Positions 40,755 through 49,848 of a stretch of 64,000 nt of DNA are shown here, one piece after another. The first letter of the stretch is position 1. Every line of letters begins with the position of its first letter. The stretch is from Deltaproteobacteria bacterium. GTDB lineage: Bacteria; Desulfobacterota; Syntrophobacteria; BM002. The notes under the pieces were generated by a model. The model did no database searches and was not told the DNA's origin. It worked only from the letters and a program-made list of their open reading frames with translations. The stretch is from the NCBI GenBank assembly GCA_037384945.1, contig JARRNM010000013.1, positions 1,321-65,320 of the forward strand. The letters are read 5' to 3'. The position numbers and the translations under genes are program-made.

Positions 40755-40921
40755 AACTTCTTTCCTATTCCATCTTTCTGCCTACCCAGGGAGAATCACC
40801 CAGCCTTCAGCTCTAGCAGTTTTATGCCTACAAGGGGCTCAACGGTCAGATAGTAACCAGAGAGCCCCTGGCTCCAGTCGTCTAAGGTATTGGGGACGAA
40901 TGATCTTTGTTCCCTGAAATT

Positions 40922-41794
40922 CTAGGCTTGGACCTCACTCAGCCATTCGTTACTCTTGATCCACTTGTTGTAGATCTGCTCGTAACGGCCGTCGTTTTTC
41001 ACCTGTCTGAGAAAGTTATTCAGCCAGTTCAGTAAGTCCGGGTCTCCCTTGTTGATCGCCCAAGCCAGCGGCTCAAAGGTGAAGGGTTTGTCGAGAAATA
41101 CCAGCTTGCCTTTGCCTTGCTGGGCGTTGAATACCGCACAGTAAGGTAGGTCGTAGACGAAGGCGTCCGCCTTGCCGTTGACCACCTCTAGGGCCGCTTC
41201 AGGCTCGGTCTCGAAAGACTTGTAGGTGGCCTTGGGTATCAGCCGTTTCACCGCCATCTCGCCAGTGGTTCCGAGCTTGGAGGTTACAATGTACTTGGGG
41301 TTGTTCAAATCTTTGTAGGAATTCACCTTGCCAGCGAGTTTCTTGTTCAGCAATATGGTCTGACCCACTATGATGTAGGGGTCGGCGAAGTTGATCTTGA
41401 GGTTGCGTTCCTGGGTAATGGTCATGCCGCTCATAATAATGTCAAACTTTTTGGTGGTCAGAGCAGGAATGATCCCGTCCCAGGCAGTGTTTACCGGGAC
41501 AAACTTGACACCCATGGCTTTGGCCATCGCTTTCGCCATGTCAATGTCGAATCCGACAAAGCCACCCTTTTTGTCTGTCATCTCAAAGGGCATATAACCC
41601 GATTCAAACCCAACCCTTAGCTCACCCCGCTGGAGAATTCCCTCAAGGGTAGATTGCTCAACCAGATCCATTCGGACATTTGTACTTGCCGGGGCCGCTT
41701 TTTCGGTCTGCTGTGGTTGTTGCGCACAGCCAACCAAATAGAATACAGTGAGGAGAGCGAAAAGCAATCCGGATAACTTAAGCGACTTCTTCAT
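40922..41794 (-). CDS. ABC transporter substrate-binding protein, family 3 (polar amino acids), lipoprotein-type signal
   Basis: Signal peptide plus LVGC lipobox. SBP_bac_3-like. Confidence 0.85.
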   Translation of the reverse strand: MKKSLKLSGLLFALLTVFYLVGCAQQPQQTEKAAPASTNVRMDLVEQSTLEGILQRGELRVGFESGYMPFEMTDKKGGFVGFDIDMAKAMAKAMGVKFVPVNTAWDGIIPALTTKKFDIIMSGMTITQERNLKINFADPYIIVGQTILLNKKLAGKVNSYKDLNNPKYIVTSKLGTTGEMAVKRLIPKATYKSFETEPEAALEVVNGKADAFVYDLPYCAVFNAQQGKGKLVFLDKPFTFEPLAWAINKGDPDLLNWLNNFLRQVKNDGRYEQIYNKWIKSNEWLSEVQA

Positions 41795-41863
41795 ACTGCA
41801 CCTCCCATATGGTTGTAATTGCCTTCCCTCAACCTATGGCCTTCCACCTCAGGCAGGGAGTCG

Positions 41864-42016
41864 TCAATAAGACTTACCTTCGTCAAGAAGCTCTTCGATG
41901 TTCATCTGGATCTTGCACTCTGGACATTTGGGAATATCTTCTTCCGGGATGTAGACTATTTGTGTTCTTTTACATTTGGGGCACTTGACCTGGACGGCTT
42001 CCCTTTTGTCTCGCAT
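41864..42016 (-). CDS. Small zinc-ribbon protein (50 aa, CxxC...CxxC)
   Basis: MRDKREAVQVKCPKCKRTQIVYIPEEDIPKCPECKIQMNIEELLDEGKSY. Below the ORF-track size cutoff. Confidence 0.35.
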   Translation of the reverse strand: MRDKREAVQVKCPKCKRTQIVYIPEEDIPKCPECKIQMNIEELLDEGKSY

Positions 42017-42124
42017 GGTTGGATTCTCCTGCTCCTGGACCTATTACCATAACCACAGGAGTAGAACAAGAGAGAAAAACTCTTTGAACCGTATCTTAAC
42101 CTTGATGCTGGAAGGGTTTTTCAT

Positions 42125-42457
42125 TTACTTTACTTGGAGACGCTCCCGCACTCGAGCTCCTGAAATGGACCGGACGGCGATGGACTTGTTCTTGGATGTG
42201 GCACCCGATTTGATTGATAGCTGCCCCTGAGGGACCTTCAGTTTCTTGGCGAGAAATTTGAGTAAATGCTTGTTCGCCCCGCCCGCCACAGGAGCTGCAG
42301 TTATTCGTACCTTGAGAACGCCGCCGTGGAGGCCCACCACCTCGTCCCGAGATGCCCGGGTTTGAACCTGCACTCTGATGGTTACTCCAGCTTGGTTCTC
42401 AGTCAGATAGCTATGCACTTTGGTCACTGCGAATTTCGGATTTCGCCTGCCCGCCAT
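42125..42457 (-). CDS. DUF167 (YggU-like) protein. The start is uncertain because the 5' end overlaps a hairpin repeat.
   Basis: GVTIRVQVQTRASRDEVVGLHGGVLKVRITAAPVAGGANKHLLKFLAKKLKV is the DUF167 signature. Confidence 0.7.
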   Translation of the reverse strand: MAGRRNPKFAVTKVHSYLTENQAGVTIRVQVQTRASRDEVVGLHGGVLKVRITAAPVAGGANKHLLKFLAKKLKVPQGQLSIKSGATSKNKSIAVRSISGARVRERLQVK

Positions 42458-42520
42458 CGCGAGAATGAGCTCGCCTCAGGCGAGGCGGGCGGGGATTGTG
42501 GATTTGACAAGGCATAGGGC
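42415..42520. repeat. Family A hairpin repeat (ATTTCGGATTTCGCCTGCCCGCC ... GGCGGGCGGGGATTGTGGATTTG) plus CATAGGGC
   Basis: Inverted arms read directly. Confidence 0.5.
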
Positions 42521-42619
42521 CTACGGCACAGTTTCATTTCTCATTGCTCATTTCGCATTTATCATTGCCCATTTAAGACGAGGGACTCTGCAGTGGTTCA
42601 CACAAATTAGAAATGAAAA

Positions 42620-42715
42620 ATGCTAAATGTGAAGCGAGAGATTTCCTGCCCTCTGTCTTCCGTCGTCTGACCTCTGCCCGCTGCTCCCTGCCAGCTGCTA
42701 GCTGTCTTTAATGGG
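42620..42715. repeat. Family B low-complexity module (CTGTCTTCCGTCGTCTGACCTCTGCCCGCTGCTCCCTGCCAGCTGCTAGCTG)
   Basis: Shares GTCGTCTGACCTCTG with 1366-1385. Confidence 0.45.
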
Positions 42716-43589
42716 GCCACAACCGCATATTGTCAATCAATCTTGCCTTGCCGACAAAAACCGCCATAGCCATTAGCGCCTTGGGAGTCACTTCGGCTAT
42801 ATCGGTCATAGTATCCTCGTCAACCACTTGCACATACTGAATTGTACAGTGGGGCTCAGCGCGTATAATTGCCTCGGTCTTGTCTATCAACACCTCCACT
42901 CGACGCTCGCCCCCCTGCACCATTTCGCGGGCAGCGAGGAGAGAGCGGTACAGGGAGAGAGCCGATTGCCTTTCCTCTGTGGAAAGGTAGGTGTTGCGGC
43001 TGCTCATGGCCAGGCCATCGGACTCACGCACAGTGGGGTGAGGGATAATTTCCACTCCCAAATTAAGGTCTTTACTCAGCCTTCTGACCACGACAAATTG
43101 TTGGAAGTCCTTTTCTCCCATGACGGCGATATGGGGGCGAACTGCACAAAACAGCTTGGTGACAATCAGGGTGACACCTGGGAAAAAATCTGGTCGGTAG
43201 AGGCCGCAGAGGTTCTGGGTAAGATCGTCCACCAACACACGCGTTTGAAAGCCGACCGGATACATCTCTTCAACTTCCGGGGCAAAGATGGCGTGCGCCC
43301 CCAATTCAGCGCAGAGATCAACGTCCCGTTTAAAATCGCGGGGATACTGGTCGAGATCTTCACCCGGGCTAAACTGGCTGGGGTTGACAAATATGCTTAC
43401 AACTACCTGGTCCGCCCTGCGCAAGGCCTCTTTCACCAAGGCGAGGTGTCCCTGATGCAGGTACCCCATGGTAGGGACGAAGGCGACGGTTTGGCTTTTG
43501 CGGCAGCATTCATCTCGCCACCTGGCCATCTCAGCAGTGGTTCGCAGTATTTCCATGAGACGGGGCTCCTCGCAGGCGAAGTCAGACAT
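42708..43589 (-). CDS. panC: Pantoate--beta-alanine ligase
   Basis: PTMGYLHQGHLALV (HxGH motif). Confidence 0.9.
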   Translation of the reverse strand: MSDFACEEPRLMEILRTTAEMARWRDECCRKSQTVAFVPTMGYLHQGHLALVKEALRRADQVVVSIFVNPSQFSPGEDLDQYPRDFKRDVDLCAELGAHAIFAPEVEEMYPVGFQTRVLVDDLTQNLCGLYRPDFFPGVTLIVTKLFCAVRPHIAVMGEKDFQQFVVVRRLSKDLNLGVEIIPHPTVRESDGLAMSSRNTYLSTEERQSALSLYRSLLAAREMVQGGERRVEVLIDKTEAIIRAEPHCTIQYVQVVDEDTMTDIAEVTPKALMAMAVFVGKARLIDNMRLWPH

Positions 43590-43689
43590 TTGAAAGTGGG
43601 GGCAAAGGCAAAGTCTGAACAGACAGGCACACTTCTAAAGATGGGAAGAAAACTATGACCTTCTTGGTTTAGAGGGAAGACAACCTACT

Positions 43690-44193
43690 TTATGGTTTGG
43701 TAAAAAACTTCAACTTGCTTTCCAAATCTTCCGCCTCGGCCTCCTCCTGTTTCTGCATGTCGAGCATTTTCTGGTATGTCTCGATGGTGGCGCGCAGCTT
43801 TAATTCAAACTGAATCCGCTGCCTCTTGAGTTCAGCTATATCTTCGTGAATTTGGGCTAAGCGGTTATGGGCATTGTTCAGTATGCGTTCTGCCTTAACC
43901 TCAGCTTCGGAGACCAGGAGTTTTGACTCTTTCTGGGCGTTAACCTTCATTTGCTCCACGGTCTTCTGCGCACTAATTAGAGTGTTTTTTAAGGTTTGCT
44001 CCCGCTCACGGTGCTCGCCGAGTTGCCTCTGCTTTTCTCCTAGATCCTGCTTCAATTCGTCTATCTCTTTGAGCAGGCCACTCATTTGATCTGCAACTTT
44101 TTGCAGAAAGGATTCAACCTCTTTGGCATCCAATCCCCTAAAGAACCTGAGGCGAAACTGTTTTTGCTGAATCTCGAGAGGGCTCATTATCAT
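43690..44193 (-). CDS. DivIVA-domain cell-division protein
   Basis: MIMSPLEIQQKQFRLRFFRGLDAKEVESFL is the DivIVA N-terminus, followed by coiled coil. Confidence 0.8.
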   Translation of the reverse strand: MIMSPLEIQQKQFRLRFFRGLDAKEVESFLQKVADQMSGLLKEIDELKQDLGEKQRQLGEHREREQTLKNTLISAQKTVEQMKVNAQKESKLLVSEAEVKAERILNNAHNRLAQIHEDIAELKRQRIQFELKLRATIETYQKMLDMQKQEEAEAEDLESKLKFFTKP

Positions 44194-44244
44194 TGCTGTC
44201 TCCTGTTTTCGAGAAATCTATGGCAACCTTGTCCAACCCTCTTG

Positions 44245-44547
44245 TCAGTGGACAAATTGTCTAGCCAGATCATGAAGCGAAGCGACCAGAAATCTCTGCA
44301 AAAATATAATGGCCAAAATTACCAGGACGGGCGAAAAATCAATACCTCCAAAAGACAGGGGTAAACGCCTTCTTATGGCCAGTAGAACCGGATCGGTAAT
44401 ACTGTAAAGAAACCGGACAATCGGATTGTATGGATCCGGGTTGACCCACGATAAAACTGCTCTGGCAATAATAATCCACATGTAGAGATTGAGAACGAGG
44501 CCAATAATAGTCGCCAAGGCTACTAACAGATTGCCCAGAACAAACAT
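44245..44547 (-). CDS. YggT-family membrane protein
   Basis: Two-TM protein of ~100 aa sitting next to divIVA/proC, which is the typical synteny. Confidence 0.75.
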   Translation of the reverse strand: MFVLGNLLVALATIIGLVLNLYMWIIIARAVLSWVNPDPYNPIVRFLYSITDPVLLAIRRRLPLSFGGIDFSPVLVILAIIFLQRFLVASLHDLARQFVH

Positions 44548-44786
44548 TCATCTTTCCTTTCAACCTACCTTTTAGCCAAGGAAACATTATCTTTATTTCC
44601 TCACCCTGTCAAGAAAGATCCCAAATTTTCAAGAAGATAAACGGTTAACCCTTGTTTAGCCAATCCGGACGCATTGACATTTCTGAGACCTTCTCTGATA
44701 ATAGCCAGCGTGTCTTTATGGGGTTAATCGCCGCTCAAAGTATAGCCAAATGGCACAATTTGCTCTTGGATAGTAACTAGTTAGTG

Positions 44787-44958
44787 CTCATCCGGAAACG
44801 GGTCCTTTTGGATGTCATTCTGAGGAGTCCCGCCGGGGCGGGACGACGAAGAATCTCCAAATTATCGGCTTTCGGGGAGATTCTTCGCGTAGTTTATCCT
44901 GAATTAACCGAAGGGCTCAGAATGACAATGCCGACTTTCCGGATAGACACTACCTATA
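44787..44958. repeat. Family C MITE-like element, copy 2 (~172 bp)
   Basis: Aligned by eye to 28174-28340 (GTCATTCTGAGGAGTCCCGC...GGGACGACGAA.AATCT...GGGAGATTCTTCGCG...CCGAAGGGCTCAGAAT...GACTTTCCGGAT). ORF 44784..44978 is judged spurious. Confidence 0.65.
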
Positions 44959-45053
44959 GAGGGGGAACCTCCGCCTAAGTTAATTAGCAATTCTCGTACC
45001 CAAAACTTAGATGATTTTAACTTTGGCTCTTATTTTACTGCTAAACGAGGGAG

Positions 45054-45875
45054 ATGATTATGGTTGGTTCCAAGAAAATAGGACTTATCGGCGGAGGAAA
45101 TATGGGTGAGGCCCTCATCAAAGGGTTATTGCAATCCGGTCATTTTGACACCAGCCAGGTGACCGTAAGTGACATAAGCCGGGATCGACTTAACTATCTC
45201 CAGGACAATTACCAGGTGTCGACTCTCAGCGACAATGGCAAGGTGGCCTGGGCGTCTGAGGTAATCATCCTCGCAGTCAAACCACAGCAGATGGGGGATG
45301 TCCTAAGTGAAATAAATGGACAGGTCGAACACCTGCCCTTAGTAATCTCCATTGCCGCCGGAGTGACCATTGCCGCTATTGAGCAGAGACTGATTAAGGG
45401 TGTACCTGTGGTCAGAGTTATGCCCAATACTCCTGCCCTGGTCTTGACCGGCGCTGCTGCCATCGCCGGGGGATCTCAGGCAACCAGAGATCATCTTGCC
45501 ACCACCAGAGTGCTCTTTGAATCAGTTGGCTTGGTAGTCGAGGTGGACGAAGCCCATATGGATGCGGTCACCGGTTTGAGTGGTAGCGGACCCGCCTATG
45601 TTTACCTGTTCATGGAGGCCCTCACTGATGCCGGTGTTTTTATGGGTCTGTCTCGGCCGGTTGCCCGGGATTTGGCGGTCCAAACCACACTGGGTGCTGC
45701 GAGACTAGCAGCCAATAGTGCCAGCCACCTCGCTGCCCTCAAAGACCAGATTACCTCTCCTGGCGGCACAACCATGCATGGTCTGGCCGTCTTAGAAAGC
45801 GGTGGGATGCGTGGGTTGCTCATGGAAGCCGTGGAGGCAGCAACTAGACGATCCGCTGAACTCGGCAAGAAGTAA
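45054..45875 (+). CDS. proC: Pyrroline-5-carboxylate reductase
   Basis: IGLIGGGNMGEALIKGL Rossmann motif and the P5CR C-terminal domain. Confidence 0.9.
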   Translation: MIMVGSKKIGLIGGGNMGEALIKGLLQSGHFDTSQVTVSDISRDRLNYLQDNYQVSTLSDNGKVAWASEVIILAVKPQQMGDVLSEINGQVEHLPLVISIAAGVTIAAIEQRLIKGVPVVRVMPNTPALVLTGAAAIAGGSQATRDHLATTRVLFESVGLVVEVDEAHMDAVTGLSGSGPAYVYLFMEALTDAGVFMGLSRPVARDLAVQTTLGAARLAANSASHLAALKDQITSPGGTTMHGLAVLESGGMRGLLMEAVEAATRRSAELGKK

Positions 45876-45879
45876 GTCC

Positions 45880-46145
45880 GCCGGCAAGCGCTGAGCGCCA
45901 TGCGAACTAGACACTATGCGCCAGAGATAAAAATGCGGAATTCGGAACGCGGAATTCGGAATATTTCTGTAAAGCGTATCCCAATCAGTTTTGTCTTAAT
46001 TTCTGTGATTCCCCGTTCCCCATTCCCCGTTCCGAGTTATAGTGCCTAGTGCTTACTGCCTAGTGCCAAGTTTTCCAAGCTCTATGCTCGCTGCGCCATA
46101 CGGTTTTATGCAACGGACCACTGACGACTGACCACTGACAACCGA
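45880..46145. repeat. Composite intergenic repeat: a family A GCGGAATTCGGAACGCGGAATTCGGAAT / GATTCCCCGTTCCCCATTCCCCGTTCCGAG hairpin plus a family B terminus GCAACGGACCACTGACGACTGACCACTGACAACCGACC
   Basis: Read directly. Confidence 0.5.
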
Positions 46146-46149
46146 CCAC

Positions 46150-46986
46150 CTAGGTCGGTACTATCTCCATACTCATATCAACTGCGCGGGCTGAGTGGGT
46201 TAGAGCTCCAATTGATATCAAATCAACCCCTGTAGCAGCAATCTCTCTGACATTTGCCAGGGTAATTCCACCGGAGGCCTCAAGGGGGATTTTGCCTTTG
46301 GTTCGCCGCACTGCCTCAGCCATGGTTTGTAAGTCCATGTTGTCCAACATTATTACGTGAGCACCTGCAGCAATTGCTTCGGCCAACTGGTCGAGGGTTT
46401 CCACCTCCACTTCCACCCTCAGAGTATGAGCCTTGCTATCCAGTGCCGCCTTAACCGCCATAGCCATCGAGCCCGCTGCCGCAATGTGGGGGTCTTAGAT
46501 TAACACCCCATCCTCAACTCCGAGGCGAAGGTTGTTAACCCCCCCGGCGCGCACTGCAGCCTTTTCCAATAAACGGTATCCCGGGGTGGTCTTACGGGTG
46601 TCCAGAATGTGTGCTCTGGTTCCCCCTATCTTGTCCACAAAAGCCCTAGTGAGCGTGGCGATACCGGAAAGCCTCTGAAAAAAATTGAGGGCCGTCCGTT
46701 CCGCCGTGAGGATGGCTGCCAGATCGCCCGCTACCTCCAAAAGCGTATCCCCCTCATTAGCACGGCTCCCGTCTTTTAGGGGAAGATGAATCTGCAACTC
46801 GCTATTAATAGCCCAGAAAACTTGTCTCGCCACGTCAACGCCTGCAAGCACCAGCGGCTCTTTGGCTGTGATCCGCCCCTTTCCCTGAATCCCTGGCTTC
46901 ACTGTGCAAGAAGTGGTTATATCGCCACTTCCTACGTCCTCCTCCAGGGCTGTGCGAATTAACATTTCCAGGTTTGGAGATAGCAA
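46150..46986 (-). pseudogene. nadC: Nicotinate-nucleotide pyrophosphorylase (NadC) with an in-frame TAA at the conserved catalytic Lys codon
   Basis: Two adjacent same-strand ORFs align end to end with NadC. The junction reads GVLI*DPHIAAAGS where the family has (F/V)LIKDNHI. The stop TAA is at 46495-46497. Confidence 0.7.
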
Positions 46987-46989
46987 GTT

Positions 46990-49644
46990 TCAGCCCTCTT
47001 TGCTGATCTTCGTGAGCCTTTCAAGCTGTTTTTGGAGCTTATTCAATTTGTCAGCCAACCGATCAAATTTCTCTCGCTCCTTTGCCACCACCTCATCGGG
47101 TGCTCGGTCGAGGAATTCCTGGTTGGCCAGTTTTTTCTTGGATCGGGCCAATTCGGGCTCAAGTTTACTGATTTCCTTCTGCAACCGCTGACTCTCCTCT
47201 CTGAAGTCAAGGACACCCTCGAGGGGCACAAACAACTCAAGCTCTCCCACCACCGCGGACGCCGCCACCTTAGGCCGTTTTCCATCCCTCTGCAATTTCA
47301 AACTCGATAGCCTGGCAAGGTCTTCTATGTAATGGCCATAAGCCTGGACAGTACTGGTGAGGCTATCTGGGCCAAAAACCACTGCATCTACCTGGGCTGC
47401 CGGAGCGATATTCATCTCTCCCCGGATATTGCGGATGGCCGTGGTAACCTCCATTACAACTGCCATTTGTTCCTCCGCCTCGCGGTCAATTATGGACTCA
47501 TTCGGCTTGGGAAAATCTGCTACCATAATGCTACCTTGGCTATTGGGCAGATGGTGCCACAACTCCTCAGTAACATATGGCATAAAGGGATGAAGCAGCC
47601 TGAGAACGGAAGAAAGTCCATAAAGGAGCAATTGCTGAGTTTCCTCACGTTCCTTGTCGTTTTCGCCGTAGAGAACCGGCTTGACCATCTCAAGGTACCA
47701 GTCACAGAACTCGTGCCAGGTAAACTGGTAGATTAAGCTGGCAGCATCATTGAAATGATAGGATTCCAGCGCCTCATTGACCTTGGCGAATATTTCCTGA
47801 AGCCGACTAAGCATCCAGCGATCCGCCAACCTTTGCGGCTCGGGCAAGGGTGCCGCGGCCATCACTCCCTCTAGATTCATCAGGGTGAAACGGCTGGCAT
47901 TCCAGATTTTATTGACAAAATGCCGGTAGCCCCCAATCCTTTCTTCTGAAAGTCGTATATCTCTTCCCTGGGCTGCAAAGGCGGCCAGGGTAAAGCGAAA
48001 GGCATCTGTGCCATAGCGGTCCATAATAATCAGTGGATCGATGACATTGCCCTTGGACTTGCTCATTTTCATGCCCTCGGCATCGCGGACCAGGGCGTGG
48101 ATGTATACGTCCCGAAATGGTACGTCTTTCATGAAATGCAAGCCCATCATCATCATCCTTGCCACCCAGAAAAAGAGAATGTCGAAAGCGGTCACCAGCA
48201 CTGAGGTGGGGTAAAAGGTTTCAAGTTCCGGAGTCTTTTCTGGCCACCCCAAGGTGGAAAAGGGCCAAAGGGCTGAACTGAACCAGGTATCCAGTACATC
48301 GCTATCTTGCACCAGGTTGTTGCTATTACAACGACTGCATTCTTGCGGCTCCTCCAGGGCAACAATGACTTCGCCGCAATCCTTACAATACCAGGCAGGA
48401 ATACGATGTCCCCACCAAATCTGTCTTGATATGCACCAGTCTTCGATGTTTTCCAGCCAGTCGAAGTAGTTTTTCTCCCACATTTCAGGAATTATACGGG
48501 TTTTTCCTTCCCGCACCGCTGCCATGGAAGCCTCGGCAATTTGCTTCACCGAGACAAACCATTGCTCGGACAGGGTCGGCTCGATGATTGTTTTGCAGCG
48601 ATAACAGTGTCCCACCCGATGTTGGTAGTCCTCGGTCTTAACAAGAAATCCCTGTTCTCTGAGGTCCGCAACTATCTTCTCACGACATTCATAGCGCCCC
48701 AGGCCCATATAGGGACCAGCCTCCTTGTTCATGACACCCTGATCATCCATTACCTTAATTGGCGGCAGTTCGTGTCTCTGACCGATTTCAAAATCGTGAG
48801 GGTCATGGGCTGGAGTTACTTTGAGGGTGCCGGAGCCGAAATTCATCTCAACATATTCGTCAGCAATCACAGGCAGCTCCCGGTTCAGCAGGGGCAGCAT
48901 TACTGTCTTGCCGACAAACTCCCGGTAGCGTTCATCTTCCGGGTGAACTGCCACGCCGGTATCACCTAGCATGGTCTCTGGCCGGGTGGTAACCACTACC
49001 AAACCACCACTCCCATCCGGAAAAGGGTAGCGGATATGATAAAGTTGGCCGGGTATTTCTTCAGCCTCCACCTCCAGGTTGGCCAGGGCGGTTATACAGC
49101 GAGGACACCAGCTGATAATCCGTTGACCTCGATAAATTAGACCTTCATGGTAGAGGGTGACGAAAACCAAGCGCACCGCCTTGGAAAGGCCTTCGTCCAT
49201 GGTGAAACGCTCTCTACTCCAATCACAGCTGGCTCCCAGCCTCTTGAGTTGGTTGATTATTTTGCCTCCATATAATTCACGCCATTGCCAGACTCTTTCG
49301 ATGAACTTTTCTCTTCCCAAGTCGTGTCTATCCAATCCTTCTTCGGTCAGTCGGCGCTCCACTACATTCTGGGTGGCGATGCCGGCGTGGTCGGTTCCCG
49401 GCATCCAGAGGACGTTGTCTCCTTGCATCCGCCTGTAGCGGCAGAGAATATCCTGGAGTGTGTTATTGAGGGCATGACCCATATGCAAGTCGCCAGTGAC
49501 GTTGGGTGGGGGGATAACAATGGAATAGGCCGAGGCATCACTTGTTTCCTCAGCCCGAAACAGACCCTGTTCCTCCCAAAATCGGTACCACTTTTCCTCC
49601 ACTTCTGCAGGTTCGTATGCTTTGGGTAGCATGAGATTCTTCAT
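46990..49644 (-). CDS. valS: Valine--tRNA ligase
   Basis: HMGHALN (HIGH) and KMSKS motifs. 884 aa with a C-terminal coiled coil. Confidence 0.95.
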   Translation of the reverse strand: MKNLMLPKAYEPAEVEEKWYRFWEEQGLFRAEETSDASAYSIVIPPPNVTGDLHMGHALNNTLQDILCRYRRMQGDNVLWMPGTDHAGIATQNVVERRLTEEGLDRHDLGREKFIERVWQWRELYGGKIINQLKRLGASCDWSRERFTMDEGLSKAVRLVFVTLYHEGLIYRGQRIISWCPRCITALANLEVEAEEIPGQLYHIRYPFPDGSGGLVVVTTRPETMLGDTGVAVHPEDERYREFVGKTVMLPLLNRELPVIADEYVEMNFGSGTLKVTPAHDPHDFEIGQRHELPPIKVMDDQGVMNKEAGPYMGLGRYECREKIVADLREQGFLVKTEDYQHRVGHCYRCKTIIEPTLSEQWFVSVKQIAEASMAAVREGKTRIIPEMWEKNYFDWLENIEDWCISRQIWWGHRIPAWYCKDCGEVIVALEEPQECSRCNSNNLVQDSDVLDTWFSSALWPFSTLGWPEKTPELETFYPTSVLVTAFDILFFWVARMMMMGLHFMKDVPFRDVYIHALVRDAEGMKMSKSKGNVIDPLIIMDRYGTDAFRFTLAAFAAQGRDIRLSEERIGGYRHFVNKIWNASRFTLMNLEGVMAAAPLPEPQRLADRWMLSRLQEIFAKVNEALESYHFNDAASLIYQFTWHEFCDWYLEMVKPVLYGENDKEREETQQLLLYGLSSVLRLLHPFMPYVTEELWHHLPNSQGSIMVADFPKPNESIIDREAEEQMAVVMEVTTAIRNIRGEMNIAPAAQVDAVVFGPDSLTSTVQAYGHYIEDLARLSSLKLQRDGKRPKVAASAVVGELELFVPLEGVLDFREESQRLQKEISKLEPELARSKKKLANQEFLDRAPDEVVAKEREKFDRLADKLNKLQKQLERLTKISKEG

Positions 49645-49659
49645 AACCTTAATTCCTTC

Positions 49660-49780
49660 CGGAACGTCCGTTGTCCGTGGTCCGCAGTCTGTGGGGAGTT
49701 ATCATTGCCTGGCAATAGTATTGCTTATTCTGAGCATTACTTTTTACCACGGACCGGTGACAACCGGCAACTGGCGGCTG
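49660..49780. repeat. Family B hairpin repeat (GGAACGTCCGTTGTCCGTGGTCCGCAG ... CCACGGACCGGTGACAACCGGCAACTGG)
   Basis: Inverted arms ~90 bp apart, read directly. Confidence 0.55.
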
Positions 49781-49848
49781 GGGCAAAAGAAAATGGGGAT
49801 TATGCAAATAACCCCCATTCGCGACCCGCCAATAATTGCGGGATGTGA

